Positions 18,916 to 27,558 of a DNA stretch of 64,000 nt are shown here, in pieces. The DNA is from Bacteroidota bacterium. GTDB taxonomy: Bacteria; Bacteroidota; Ignavibacteria; UBA10030; UBA8401. Every line of letters starts with the position of its first letter. Within the stretch, counting starts at the first letter, position 1. A model generated the notes under the pieces. That model saw only the letters and a program-made list of their open reading frames with translations. It did not search any database and was not told where the DNA came from. Position numbers and translations under genes: made by a program. Where the stretch lies: assembly GCA_041658205.1 (NCBI GenBank), contig JBBAAO010000001.1:1223131-1287130 (forward strand). Reading direction: 5' to 3'.

Positions 18916-20235
18916 ATGGCTTCTAAAACTACATCGACACAGTCCACGCGACAAGGAAATAGACCCCAAAGAAATGGGAAATTTCCATTCTTTTCTAAGA
19001 AGGACCCCAACGCCAAGCAAAAAGTTGTTCTGACTCCTCAAAAGTCGAAGAAAGTATTTCGGTATAGCGTAAAAAAGGGAAGTAAAACAATTGAAGGATT
19101 TCAAAACGCCTACTCAACGGATGAAGTAAGACGAAATCTTATCAGGTTAGGTTTTGAAATTAAGTATGTTCGCAGACATTATGAATTTCAGCTGCAGGCT
19201 TCAAGCACTGAAATAGTGAGTTTTGTTGTTACCAGTTCCCGTCTTTTGGAACAGAAACTCCCGTATAGCGAAGTATTGCAAATCATGGCAAATAACACGA
19301 GGGATAAATACCTGAAAGGAGCATTGCGAAATATTATTCTTGATTTGAAGAATGGAGTTGATTCTCGCGATGCATTTACGAAGCAGGGGAAAGTATTTGG
19401 TGAACATGTTGCTTTGATGTTAGGTATAGCCTCCAAAAGCGGTGAGATGACGTCGATATTCAAAAGTGTTGCCACACTGGTAGAACGACAAACAGAATTT
19501 AAAAAAGGATTAGTCAGTGCTTTGATCATGCCGGCAATAACATTCGTAACGGTAGTCGGGGGAATTGTTTTTTATGTCATCTATCTTGTTCCGCAAATGA
19601 TGGAAATGTTAGCACCGTTAATGGAAACCACTCCTCCCTTGACAGCATTTTCGTTAAAGTTAAGTGCATACCTAAAAGAAAATTATGGTTGGATGTTATC
19701 TCTACTGACAATAATCGTTGGAAGCTTCTATGGATTTATCTTGACTGAAGTAGGAAAACTATGGCGGGACAGAATGATTGTGAAAATTCCGTACGTTGGT
19801 AATATTTTACGGAATACAAGCACGGAAATATTTTGTCGAGTGTTGGGGATTATGTATACTTCGTCAAATGAAAATGTTGAAGCCATTCAGATTGCAGCCG
19901 AAGCTAGCGGAAATACCTATTTATCCCATCGTATCAAAACGGTGACTGTTCCCAATATGTTAAAGTACGGCACAGAATTGAGCAAAGCATTAAACGCTGC
20001 GGATTTTTTTCCGGATGTATTTATCTCCCGATTTGGTACTGCGTCAGAAACCGGCGCTATTAAGGATACTGCACTGCAAGTAGCGGACTATTATCAAATG
20101 GAGAATCAATTCTCCATGAAAAATCTTATGAATTTTATTGAAATTATTATCACCGTTATCATTATGGGTGCATTAGTGTTTTTAACGCTCCTGTCGACGG
20201 AAACAGCGTCGTTAAATATTCAACCTACAATGTGA
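18916..20235 (+). CDS. Type II secretion/type IV pilus platform protein (GspF/PilC family)
   Basis: The PilC-like N-terminal domain is 'FRYSVKKGSKTIEGFQNAYSTDEVRRNLIRLGFEI'. Two T2SS-F-like halves are each followed by TM helices. The start is uncertain (TTG 18910 or ATG 18916, with no clear SD). Confidence 0.75.
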   Translation: MASKTTSTQSTRQGNRPQRNGKFPFFSKKDPNAKQKVVLTPQKSKKVFRYSVKKGSKTIEGFQNAYSTDEVRRNLIRLGFEIKYVRRHYEFQLQASSTEIVSFVVTSSRLLEQKLPYSEVLQIMANNTRDKYLKGALRNIILDLKNGVDSRDAFTKQGKVFGEHVALMLGIASKSGEMTSIFKSVATLVERQTEFKKGLVSALIMPAITFVTVVGGIVFYVIYLVPQMMEMLAPLMETTPPLTAFSLKLSAYLKENYGWMLSLLTIIVGSFYGFILTEVGKLWRDRMIVKIPYVGNILRNTSTEIFCRVLGIMYTSSNENVEAIQIAAEASGNTYLSHRIKTVTVPNMLKYGTELSKALNAADFFPDVFISRFGTASETGAIKDTALQVADYYQMENQFSMKNLMNFIEIIITVIIMGALVFLTLLSTETASLNIQPTM

Positions 20236-20251
20236 TTGATGAGGAAAGATT

Positions 20252-22048
20252 ATGTCTGTTCAACAGGGAACTACTCTTAAAAAAACACTAACATCAGTTC
20301 TGTTGGAGAAAAATATTATTGATGAACCGACATTGCGTAAAGCGGAAGAAGTATTAAGCAAAGAGGGTTCAAAGTCCCGTAATCAATTACTGCATATTTT
20401 AGTTGACCAATTCAAAGTTAATCGTGACGCACTTTTTGCCGAAGCTTCTCAATTTTACACATTTCGAACCCTGGATATATCTAAAGATTCCGCTGATGAT
20501 GGAGTGTTAGCATTTATACGGAAGGAATTGCAAACGCTTCCGCTGTATTTACGTGAATTAGCAGTAGAAAATAAAGTTCTTCCCTATAAAATTGATGTGG
20601 AAAAAGAAGGTCGATTACTCATCATCACTCCTGATCCTACCAACTCCGGAATTTACACCATTGCCAGGGAATTCAATAATAAAAAATTTGAAATTTGCTA
20701 TGTGCCGTTGTCTCAGTGGGATGATATTTGGAACAGGGTGAGCATCGATCGAGCTATTTACAAGGACAGGGAAACGGAATTACGCGATGAGGGATTCGTT
20801 CAGGACGAAGAAGAAGAAGGTGAAAAATTTGAACAGGAAATTGACGAAGAAATCAGTCGCAGCGGTCTTGTATCATTGATCGAAAGTATTTTTGTGGATG
20901 CCGTCCGCGTTGGGGCGAGCGATATTCATGTGGTTCCGCGCGGTGAAAAAATTACCGAATTTTATTTTCGAGTGGACGGTCGTCTTTCACGATGGTATAC
21001 AAATACAGAAACACGTGCCGAAGCCGTTTCCGCTGTAGTAAAAGATCGTGCAAAAAATCTTGACCGTTTTGAGCGCAATTTAGCACAGGACGGTTTTGCG
21101 CAAATGATTATTGATAAAAAAACCATACGCTTTCGATTGTCTGTCATTCCACTTGTTGGCAAAGAACTTAAAAACAAATTTGAATCTATCGTTATTCGTG
21201 TTCTGAAAGAACCGGAAGTTGGAAAAAAGATTGAAGAATTGGGTTTTGATCCGGTCAGTCAGGAACGGATGATTCGCGCGATTAAGAAACCGCATGGTAT
21301 TGTCATCGTTACAGGACCGACAGGTAGCGGAAAAAGCACGACGCTTGTTGCTGCGCTCAGGACTGTGATGGATCCTTCATTGAACATAATTACTGTGGAA
21401 GATCCTGTTGAATATTTTATTGATGGAGCGCGTCAGGTAAAACTTAATTCGAAGTTGGATTTCGAAGGTGCACTTCGCGCCATTTTGCGTCATGATCCGG
21501 ATATCGTGATGGTGGGTGAAATGCGTGATAAATCGACCGCAGAAATAGCAATTAAATTGGCGAATACTGGTCATTTGACTTTTTCTACTCTTCATACGAA
21601 CGATGCTCCGAGTGCGCTTTCCCGTTTATACAAAATGGGTATCGAACCTTTCCTGATTGCGAGCAGTATCAATATTATTGTTGCACAGCGCCTGATGAGA
21701 AAATTGTGTCCTCGATGTAAAGCAAAAATTCGGGAAAGCGAATATCCCTTATTGCGAAAACTCGGGTTGAATGACGAAGATATACATGCCAGTCCGATAT
21801 ACAGGCCGACTGGTTGTATTGATTGTCTGAAAGGATACAAAGGCCGAATTGCGATTCATGAAGCATTGTATTTTTCTAAAGATATTCGACAGTTAATTCT
21901 TGATGCCGGACAATCGATTAATGAAGAGGCCTTGCGCCAAGCGGCAATCAATGGCGGCATGACAACATTACGACACCGTGCTCTTGATTTATTAAAAACA
22001 GGGGTTACCTCAATCGATGAAGTTGGCACAATAACGACTGATGATTGA
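20252..22048 (+). CDS. GspE/PilB-family secretion ATPase
   Basis: Walker A is 'GPTGSGKSTT'. The Asp box/Walker B region is 'DPDIVMVGEMRD' and the His box is 'GHLTFSTLHTN'. The tetracysteine is 'CPRC...CIDC'. The N-terminal T2SSE_N-like domain is present. Confidence 0.9.
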   Translation: MSVQQGTTLKKTLTSVLLEKNIIDEPTLRKAEEVLSKEGSKSRNQLLHILVDQFKVNRDALFAEASQFYTFRTLDISKDSADDGVLAFIRKELQTLPLYLRELAVENKVLPYKIDVEKEGRLLIITPDPTNSGIYTIAREFNNKKFEICYVPLSQWDDIWNRVSIDRAIYKDRETELRDEGFVQDEEEEGEKFEQEIDEEISRSGLVSLIESIFVDAVRVGASDIHVVPRGEKITEFYFRVDGRLSRWYTNTETRAEAVSAVVKDRAKNLDRFERNLAQDGFAQMIIDKKTIRFRLSVIPLVGKELKNKFESIVIRVLKEPEVGKKIEELGFDPVSQERMIRAIKKPHGIVIVTGPTGSGKSTTLVAALRTVMDPSLNIITVEDPVEYFIDGARQVKLNSKLDFEGALRAILRHDPDIVMVGEMRDKSTAEIAIKLANTGHLTFSTLHTNDAPSALSRLYKMGIEPFLIASSINIIVAQRLMRKLCPRCKAKIRESEYPLLRKLGLNDEDIHASPIYRPTGCIDCLKGYKGRIAIHEALYFSKDIRQLILDAGQSINEEALRQAAINGGMTTLRHRALDLLKTGVTSIDEVGTITTDD

Positions 22049-22102
22049 TAGTGTAAAAACCATTAGTAGAAATTTATTCAATTATAGTGTAGTAGTTTAA
22101 TT

Positions 22103-22723
22103 ATGGGACTCGGTCAAACAATGTTGACGCTTGGGTTTCTGGTTTTGTTGACAGTGGCCGTTATTGGCATTTATACAATGGTAGTGGATAAGGATACAGG
22201 CTTTTACCAGAAAGAAGCATTTGAACAAGCGGGAGTATTAGCCGGTGCACTATTGGATGAGATTGAGGGGAAAAAATTTGATGATGTCATCATTATAACG
22301 GGACGACCAAATGAAATAATCGATACGAGTGATACTGGTCTTCCGGACCCAACGGACTTTACATCTGCGGGTAATTTAGGACCTGACGCAATTTGGAGTA
22401 CCTTTTTTGGCATACCATATATTTCCGGTTATGAGAGCAGCAACGTACCACTTCCTGATTCTCTTACTGCATCGGTGACAAGATACCGTTCTGTAAGTAA
22501 TTCCCATAATCGATACGACGATGTGGACGATTACAATGGATATATTAGAGCTGCAACATCAGGATCATTGAGCGGATTTAGATTATGGGTAAATGTCTAT
22601 TACGTTGATTCCTCAGTCGTATATTCCTCATCACAAACCTATTTAAAAAAAATTGATGTAAGCGTCATGAATTGGCATTACTTGACAGATACATTATCCT
22701 TTAGTAAAGTGATCTCGTTCTAA
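22103..22723 (+). CDS. Hypothetical membrane-anchored protein, possible non-canonical pseudopilin
   Basis: There is a single N-terminal hydrophobic helix (MGLGQTMLTLGFLVLLTVAVIGIY) and no G|FTLxE motif. An in-frame stop at 22085-22087 excludes a longer N-terminus. The gene follows the pilB-like gene directly. Confidence 0.45.
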   Translation: MGLGQTMLTLGFLVLLTVAVIGIYTMVVDKDTGFYQKEAFEQAGVLAGALLDEIEGKKFDDVIIITGRPNEIIDTSDTGLPDPTDFTSAGNLGPDAIWSTFFGIPYISGYESSNVPLPDSLTASVTRYRSVSNSHNRYDDVDDYNGYIRAATSGSLSGFRLWVNVYYVDSSVVYSSSQTYLKKIDVSVMNWHYLTDTLSFSKVISF

Positions 22724-22725
22724 AC

Positions 22726-23292
22726 ATGGGTGTATTGCTGGACATACTTGGCAGTTTTGTTATTCGTGCCGCGGTTGTGCTGATCATTCTCACTACCATG
22801 ATTACTCTGAATAATTCTTTATTTCGTCAGACTGAACGAGTGGCATTGAATGAATTAGTGTCCGGTATCGGAGAAACTGTTTTTAACGATCTTTCACATG
22901 CCGGATATAATTCAACATCAAAAACATTTAATAAAGCAGATTCTATTGAAACAATTTTCTTTGCGGATTTGGATAATAATGGAAGTGTTGAAACTATTCG
23001 TTATTATTTAGGTTCCGGTGCAAGCGGATCACATCGCATTCTCTATAGAACACTCAATTCTGGCACGGCGTTTGAGATTGCGCGGGATGTGATTTTATTG
23101 CGATTTTACTATTACAATATTACCGGAGGTACCGTTTCCTATGGTAATAATAGAACAGGAATTAAATCTGTTAAAGTTTCTATTACAATAGAGTCTAGCC
23201 ATAAACTGGTCAGTGTTTACTCAGGTACGTCAGATACATTATCCTATCAGCAAGCAAAATGGGAAGCGCATATTTTCCCATCGAATCAATAA
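22726..23292 (+). CDS. Hypothetical membrane-anchored protein, GspJ/PilW-like by eye
   Basis: The N-terminal helix is MGVLLDILGSFVIRAAVVLIILTT. The C-terminal 'ARDVILLRFYYYNITGG...IKSVKVSITIES' resembles PulJ/PilW-type minor pilins. It starts 2 nt after the preceding stop. Confidence 0.45.
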   Translation: MGVLLDILGSFVIRAAVVLIILTTMITLNNSLFRQTERVALNELVSGIGETVFNDLSHAGYNSTSKTFNKADSIETIFFADLDNNGSVETIRYYLGSGASGSHRILYRTLNSGTAFEIARDVILLRFYYYNITGGTVSYGNNRTGIKSVKVSITIESSHKLVSVYSGTSDTLSYQQAKWEAHIFPSNQ

Positions 23293-23478
23293 TCCGTTAC
23301 ACTCAGATAAAATAGTCTCTTGTGTGCAATGCATCACTACGTTAGAATTATCTAATGTTGTTATTAAAGTAATCTAACGCACAAACCCTTGCTTCTTCAC
23401 GTTGGTTCCGTATATTGCTAAGGAGATGAAGAAGCAGAATAAACATAATGCAACACACGATCTGAGAGGAGGGCAGTA

Positions 23479-23913
23479 ATGGGCTCATCAAAGATCATCA
23501 TGCTTTCGGGAGTGTATCTGATATTCGGGTTTTACATTGTTGCGTTTAATAATGCTGATGAGATGATGTATAAATCAGCAATGAAAACAGCAACATTGGC
23601 GCAGTCTGAACAATTGGCAAATACAGGTTTGTCGTTGGCAAAAACGTATATGGCAGATTATTCCAGCCGATATACATTTGAGCCTCGGATGTTTGTCAGT
23701 GGTAACGATACGGTTCGTTATTCGGCGGCGCGCCCTTCAGGTTTTCTGCCATCGCAGACACAAGTGATATCGGTAGCATCGCACACGACGGTAGTGGACA
23801 ACGAAGTGAAGGTTACGCGGATAGTGACACAAACGTCGGTATTTCAATTCCACAACGGACGCTGGAAAATGCTGCGAACGTTTACAGAGAGAGAATATCA
23901 GGATTCATTCTAA
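23479..23913 (+). CDS. Hypothetical membrane-anchored protein, PilX_N-like by eye
   Basis: A GGAGG SD lies 7 nt upstream. The N-terminal helix is MGSSKIIMLSGVYLIFGFYIVAF, followed by 'TATLAQSEQLANTGLSLAKTYM'. Confidence 0.4.
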   Translation: MGSSKIIMLSGVYLIFGFYIVAFNNADEMMYKSAMKTATLAQSEQLANTGLSLAKTYMADYSSRYTFEPRMFVSGNDTVRYSAARPSGFLPSQTQVISVASHTTVVDNEVKVTRIVTQTSVFQFHNGRWKMLRTFTEREYQDSF

Positions 23914-23935
23914 TAGAATTACAGCAATATTACAG

Positions 23936-23970
23936 AAACGCCCGTCTTGTTGATATGAAGATGGGCGTTT
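23936..23970 (+). terminator. Probable terminator hairpin
   Basis: AAACGCCCGTCTT (23936-23948) pairs with AAGATGGGCGTTT (23958-23970), with one mismatch. The T-tract is weak. Confidence 0.5.
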
Positions 23971-24110
23971 CCGTTAAAAAATGATCGAAAGATCATTGCG
24001 ATAGCATATTACTGTATTTGCAATTGATATTCACCTCTCTTTATTTTATCTTCATACACCGTTTTTCTATTTTCTGCATCAAATCTTCTATTCTAACGGT
24101 TCTATTTTTT

Positions 24111-25592
24111 ATGCGTTTTTTCTGGGGTTTTAACATACTTCATTTTCCTGCTCCAAAACCTTTCATGGTTTGTTTCTTCCTTTTTATTACGTCTTTATTG
24201 TATTCCCAGCAAATCGAATTCAATCCTAAAAGTAAAAAAGAAATAGAGAAAGAAAAACAATTTGAGATTGGCGAACGGAAAAAAATTTCCTCCTCCGGTA
24301 TTTATTCAATAAATAGTACTAAATATAATTACCTGTTTGGAAAAGTTGACAAAAACGGAATTCTTGAATCCACCGTCCGCTATGATGACAAAGGGAATAT
24401 AATCAGGGAGATTGAATACAATCCTGCTGATGGGTCTATTAGATCTACAACGAATTATCGATATGATAAAAACGGAAATCTTACCGAAGAGATTGTTAAA
24501 AAAGATGAAAATACATTGAAAACCGCTCACCGTTATAATTCCCGCAATAATCGAGTTGAAACGGTCTTCTATAAAGCAAATGGGACAGTAGATAGAAAAA
24601 TATCATTTGTTTATGATGAGGTAGGACTTTTGCTTGAAACATTCGGTAAACTTGATGATGGCCGCCTCTTTATGCGCGATTCATATCTTTATGATGGACA
24701 AGGAAATGTCAAAGAGTTTAAGAATAATCTTAAAAAAATTACTTCCGTATATGACAGTCGTGGTAATATTACATTAGTAACCAAGTATCAACGATATTTT
24801 AAAGCTCAGGATACAATATTATACAATCTTTCGGAACGGCATGTTTTTGAATACGATCATTCAAATTATCTGATTGAGATGAGATCGTATAGACCGGATA
24901 GCACTCTGAAAACCAGAACACAATATATCAGAAATGAGAAGGGAATATTACTGGAAGAAAAGGAGTTTAACGCCGAAGGGAAGTTGACATATGTCCGGAA
25001 TCTGAAATATGATAAACAACAAAATCTTACAGAAGAAACCGGAACCGATAGAGCTTTAAAATTTAAGAATAGTTATAAATACGATTCTCGCGGTAATAAA
25101 ATTGAATTAATAGTATACGATCAGATTAATGAACCGGTGAGTATGACCAAATTTACCTTCGGAAGATATGGCTCAAATACGCCATCGCCTAATTCCGCTG
25201 TTTCTGCTGGAGATGATTCTCTCTTTGTGGATGAAGATGATGAATCGACGAACAGTGAAGAGTTTTATCAGATTCTTGGTTCGAGAATTATTGCACCGGA
25301 TGGAACATATCTTGGGATGGTCCTTGCGGATACGGCAAACCCACAATCGATTATTAATTCATGGGGACAATATGGATTTAGTCAGTCTCCATCAAGCATT
25401 TTCAATCCGTCCATACCGTATGGCGGTGATAAAGGTATTTTTAGTCCATTTAATCCGCAAAGCCCTAGTCCACCTTCGATTTATAAAGATGGAAAATTTT
25501 TCTCCTATCTTACCGATAACGATAGTTATCGACCCCGTTCCGCACCGAGAAAACTTGTGGAATTCTTGAAGAACTTGGTTCGACAGAACTAG
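24111..25592 (+). CDS. Exported YD/RHS-type repeat protein with an unassigned Ser/Pro-rich C-terminal module
   Basis: There are many 'Y.YD..GN' units ('RYDDKGNIIREIEY', 'YRYDKNGNLTEEI', 'YLYDGQGNVKEF', 'VYDSRGNITLV', 'YKYDSRGNKIELI'). The N-terminus is hydrophobic. The start is ambiguous among 24018, 24111 and 24165. Confidence 0.7.
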   Translation: MRFFWGFNILHFPAPKPFMVCFFLFITSLLYSQQIEFNPKSKKEIEKEKQFEIGERKKISSSGIYSINSTKYNYLFGKVDKNGILESTVRYDDKGNIIREIEYNPADGSIRSTTNYRYDKNGNLTEEIVKKDENTLKTAHRYNSRNNRVETVFYKANGTVDRKISFVYDEVGLLLETFGKLDDGRLFMRDSYLYDGQGNVKEFKNNLKKITSVYDSRGNITLVTKYQRYFKAQDTILYNLSERHVFEYDHSNYLIEMRSYRPDSTLKTRTQYIRNEKGILLEEKEFNAEGKLTYVRNLKYDKQQNLTEETGTDRALKFKNSYKYDSRGNKIELIVYDQINEPVSMTKFTFGRYGSNTPSPNSAVSAGDDSLFVDEDDESTNSEEFYQILGSRIIAPDGTYLGMVLADTANPQSIINSWGQYGFSQSPSSIFNPSIPYGGDKGIFSPFNPQSPSPPSIYKDGKFFSYLTDNDSYRPRSAPRKLVEFLKNLVRQN

Positions 25593-25668
25593 TTTTTGTT
25601 TACCGGTTTCATTGAAAAAACCCCCACTTTTCTGTATCTTGATTGTGCATAAGAGTAGCATTTCAAAT

Positions 25669-25693
25669 AATCCCTCTTAACGGGGATTTTTTA
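25669..25693 (+). terminator. Weak terminator hairpin
   Basis: AATCCC (25669-25674) pairs with GGGATT (25683-25688), followed by a T-run. Confidence 0.4.
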
Positions 25694-25716
25694 TTGTGAG
25701 GAGAATATTTTAAGCA

Positions 25717-27480
25717 ATGTTATACAAAAAACGAACGCATACTTGTGGTGAACTTCGATTATCGCATGTAGGACAATCAATTACGCTTACGGGATGGGTC
25801 GATACACGCCGTGATCTTGGCGGTGTTATTTTCATTGATGTTCGAGACCGCTATGGAAAAACACAGGTTGTGTTTAATCCAAAATATAATGAATCCATTC
25901 ACGCATTGGCAAAAGAACTCAGAACTGAATTCGTGATTTCTGTTTCCGGAAAAGTAGAAAAAAGACCTGGAGGAACAGATAATGATAAATTGAGTACTGG
26001 AGAAATCGACGTTCTTGCAGAAGATTTGACCATTTTGAATAAAGCAGAAACCACGCCGTTTCCTATTGAAGATAAACTGGACACGAATGAAGATCTGCGA
26101 TTGAAATACCGTTATCTCGATTTACGCCGTCAACCGATGCAGCAGAATCTGATGTTGCGACATACAATGTATCAGATTACTAGAAAATATTTTGATGAAC
26201 ATAATTTTATTGAAGTAGAAACGCCGGTATTAATGAAAAGTACGCCGGAAGGTGCGAGGGATTTCCTTGTTCCAAGCCGCATCAATCCGGGGAAATTTTA
26301 TGCATTGCCGCAATCACCGCAGACATATAAACAAATATTGATGGTAGCGGGGTATGACCGCTATTTTCAAATTGTGAAATGTTTCCGCGACGAAGATCTT
26401 CGTGCGGATCGTCAGCTTGAATTTACTCAAATAGACGTTGAAATGTCTTTTGTGGATGAACAGGATATTCAGACGATTGTTGAAGGATTGATGAAGCGAT
26501 TCATGAAAGAAATTAAAGGTGTCGATGTTGTTACGCCTTTCCCGCGCCTTACATACAAGGATGCGATGGAAGGATACGGAAGCGATAAACCGGACCTTCG
26601 TTTTGATCTCAAGTTTTCCGATTTCAGCAATCTCGTTAAAGAATCCGGTTTTAAAGTGTTTGCCGAAAATGTAAAAAAGGGGGGAGTGGTTGCAGGATTT
26701 GCAGTTCCGGGTGGAGCAAGTTACACGCGCAATCAGATGGATAATCTTGTCGATTTTACAAAATCACTTGGTGTCGGTGGTCTCGCGTATATTAAATTGA
26801 CGGAAAAAGGTATTGAATCCGCGATCGAGAAATTTTTGGGAAATGACATTTGTTTGAAGATTTGTGAATCCGCCGGTGCAAAAGTTGGCGATAATGTTTT
26901 TATCGTCGCAGACACATGGCAAAAAACGTATACAACGCTTGGTGTGCTTCGTCTTGAGATGGCGAAACGTCTGAATTTGATCGATGAAAATACATGGAAT
27001 CTCCACTGGGTAGTCGATTTCCCGATGTTTGATTACTCGGAAGAAGAAAAACGACACGTCGCAATGCACCATCCATTCACATCACCAAAACCGGAAGATG
27101 CTCACCTTCTAGACAGTGATGCCACAAAAGCAAGAGCACGTGCATATGACCTTGTCATGAATGGCAATGAAATTGCGGGAGGAAGTATCCGAATTTATGA
27201 CTCTGCATTGCAAAGTAAAGTGTTCAGTTTATTGGGAATTGGTCCAGAAGAAGCGAAAATGAAATTCGGTTTTATGCTCGATGCATTTCGATTTGGTGCG
27301 CCTCCGCATGGTGGAATCGCATTCGGCTTAGACCGTATGGCGATGCTGTTCGCCGGTGCAAAATCCATCCGTGACGTTATTGCGTTTCCAAAGACAGCAA
27401 GCGGAATATCGTTAATGGACGATAATCCATCGACTGTTGATAAAAAACAATTGGATGAACTACATATCAAATTGAAATAA
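25717..27480 (+). CDS. aspS: Aspartate--tRNA ligase
   Basis: 587 aa. The N-terminus is 'KRTHTCGELRLSHVGQSITLTGWV...RRDLGGVIFIDVRD'. Class II motifs are 'FRDEDLRADRQLEFTQ' and 'GGIAFGLDR'. Confidence 0.97.
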   Translation: MLYKKRTHTCGELRLSHVGQSITLTGWVDTRRDLGGVIFIDVRDRYGKTQVVFNPKYNESIHALAKELRTEFVISVSGKVEKRPGGTDNDKLSTGEIDVLAEDLTILNKAETTPFPIEDKLDTNEDLRLKYRYLDLRRQPMQQNLMLRHTMYQITRKYFDEHNFIEVETPVLMKSTPEGARDFLVPSRINPGKFYALPQSPQTYKQILMVAGYDRYFQIVKCFRDEDLRADRQLEFTQIDVEMSFVDEQDIQTIVEGLMKRFMKEIKGVDVVTPFPRLTYKDAMEGYGSDKPDLRFDLKFSDFSNLVKESGFKVFAENVKKGGVVAGFAVPGGASYTRNQMDNLVDFTKSLGVGGLAYIKLTEKGIESAIEKFLGNDICLKICESAGAKVGDNVFIVADTWQKTYTTLGVLRLEMAKRLNLIDENTWNLHWVVDFPMFDYSEEEKRHVAMHHPFTSPKPEDAHLLDSDATKARARAYDLVMNGNEIAGGSIRIYDSALQSKVFSLLGIGPEEAKMKFGFMLDAFRFGAPPHGGIAFGLDRMAMLFAGAKSIRDVIAFPKTASGISLMDDNPSTVDKKQLDELHIKLK

Positions 27481-27558
27481 CAATTCCACCAACGCAGAAC
27501 CACCATTCTGCAAACGGCTCAAACAAGAAAAACATTCGCGTTTGAGAAAGAGAATATC

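Noticed and set aside
23426-23479. 17-codon micro-ORF (MKKQNKHNATHDLRGGQ) ending in TAATG at the start of the third small pilus-module gene
   Set aside because: The AAGGAG abuts the ATG with no spacer, so initiation is unlikely. The ORF is too short to evaluate by composition. The region is reported only as a structured spacer.
24111-25592. The YD-repeat protein as an Rhs-type polymorphic toxin
   Set aside because: I could find no Rhs core or cleavage motif, no recognisable toxin domain and no adjacent immunity-like small ORF. It is kept only as an unassigned repeat protein.
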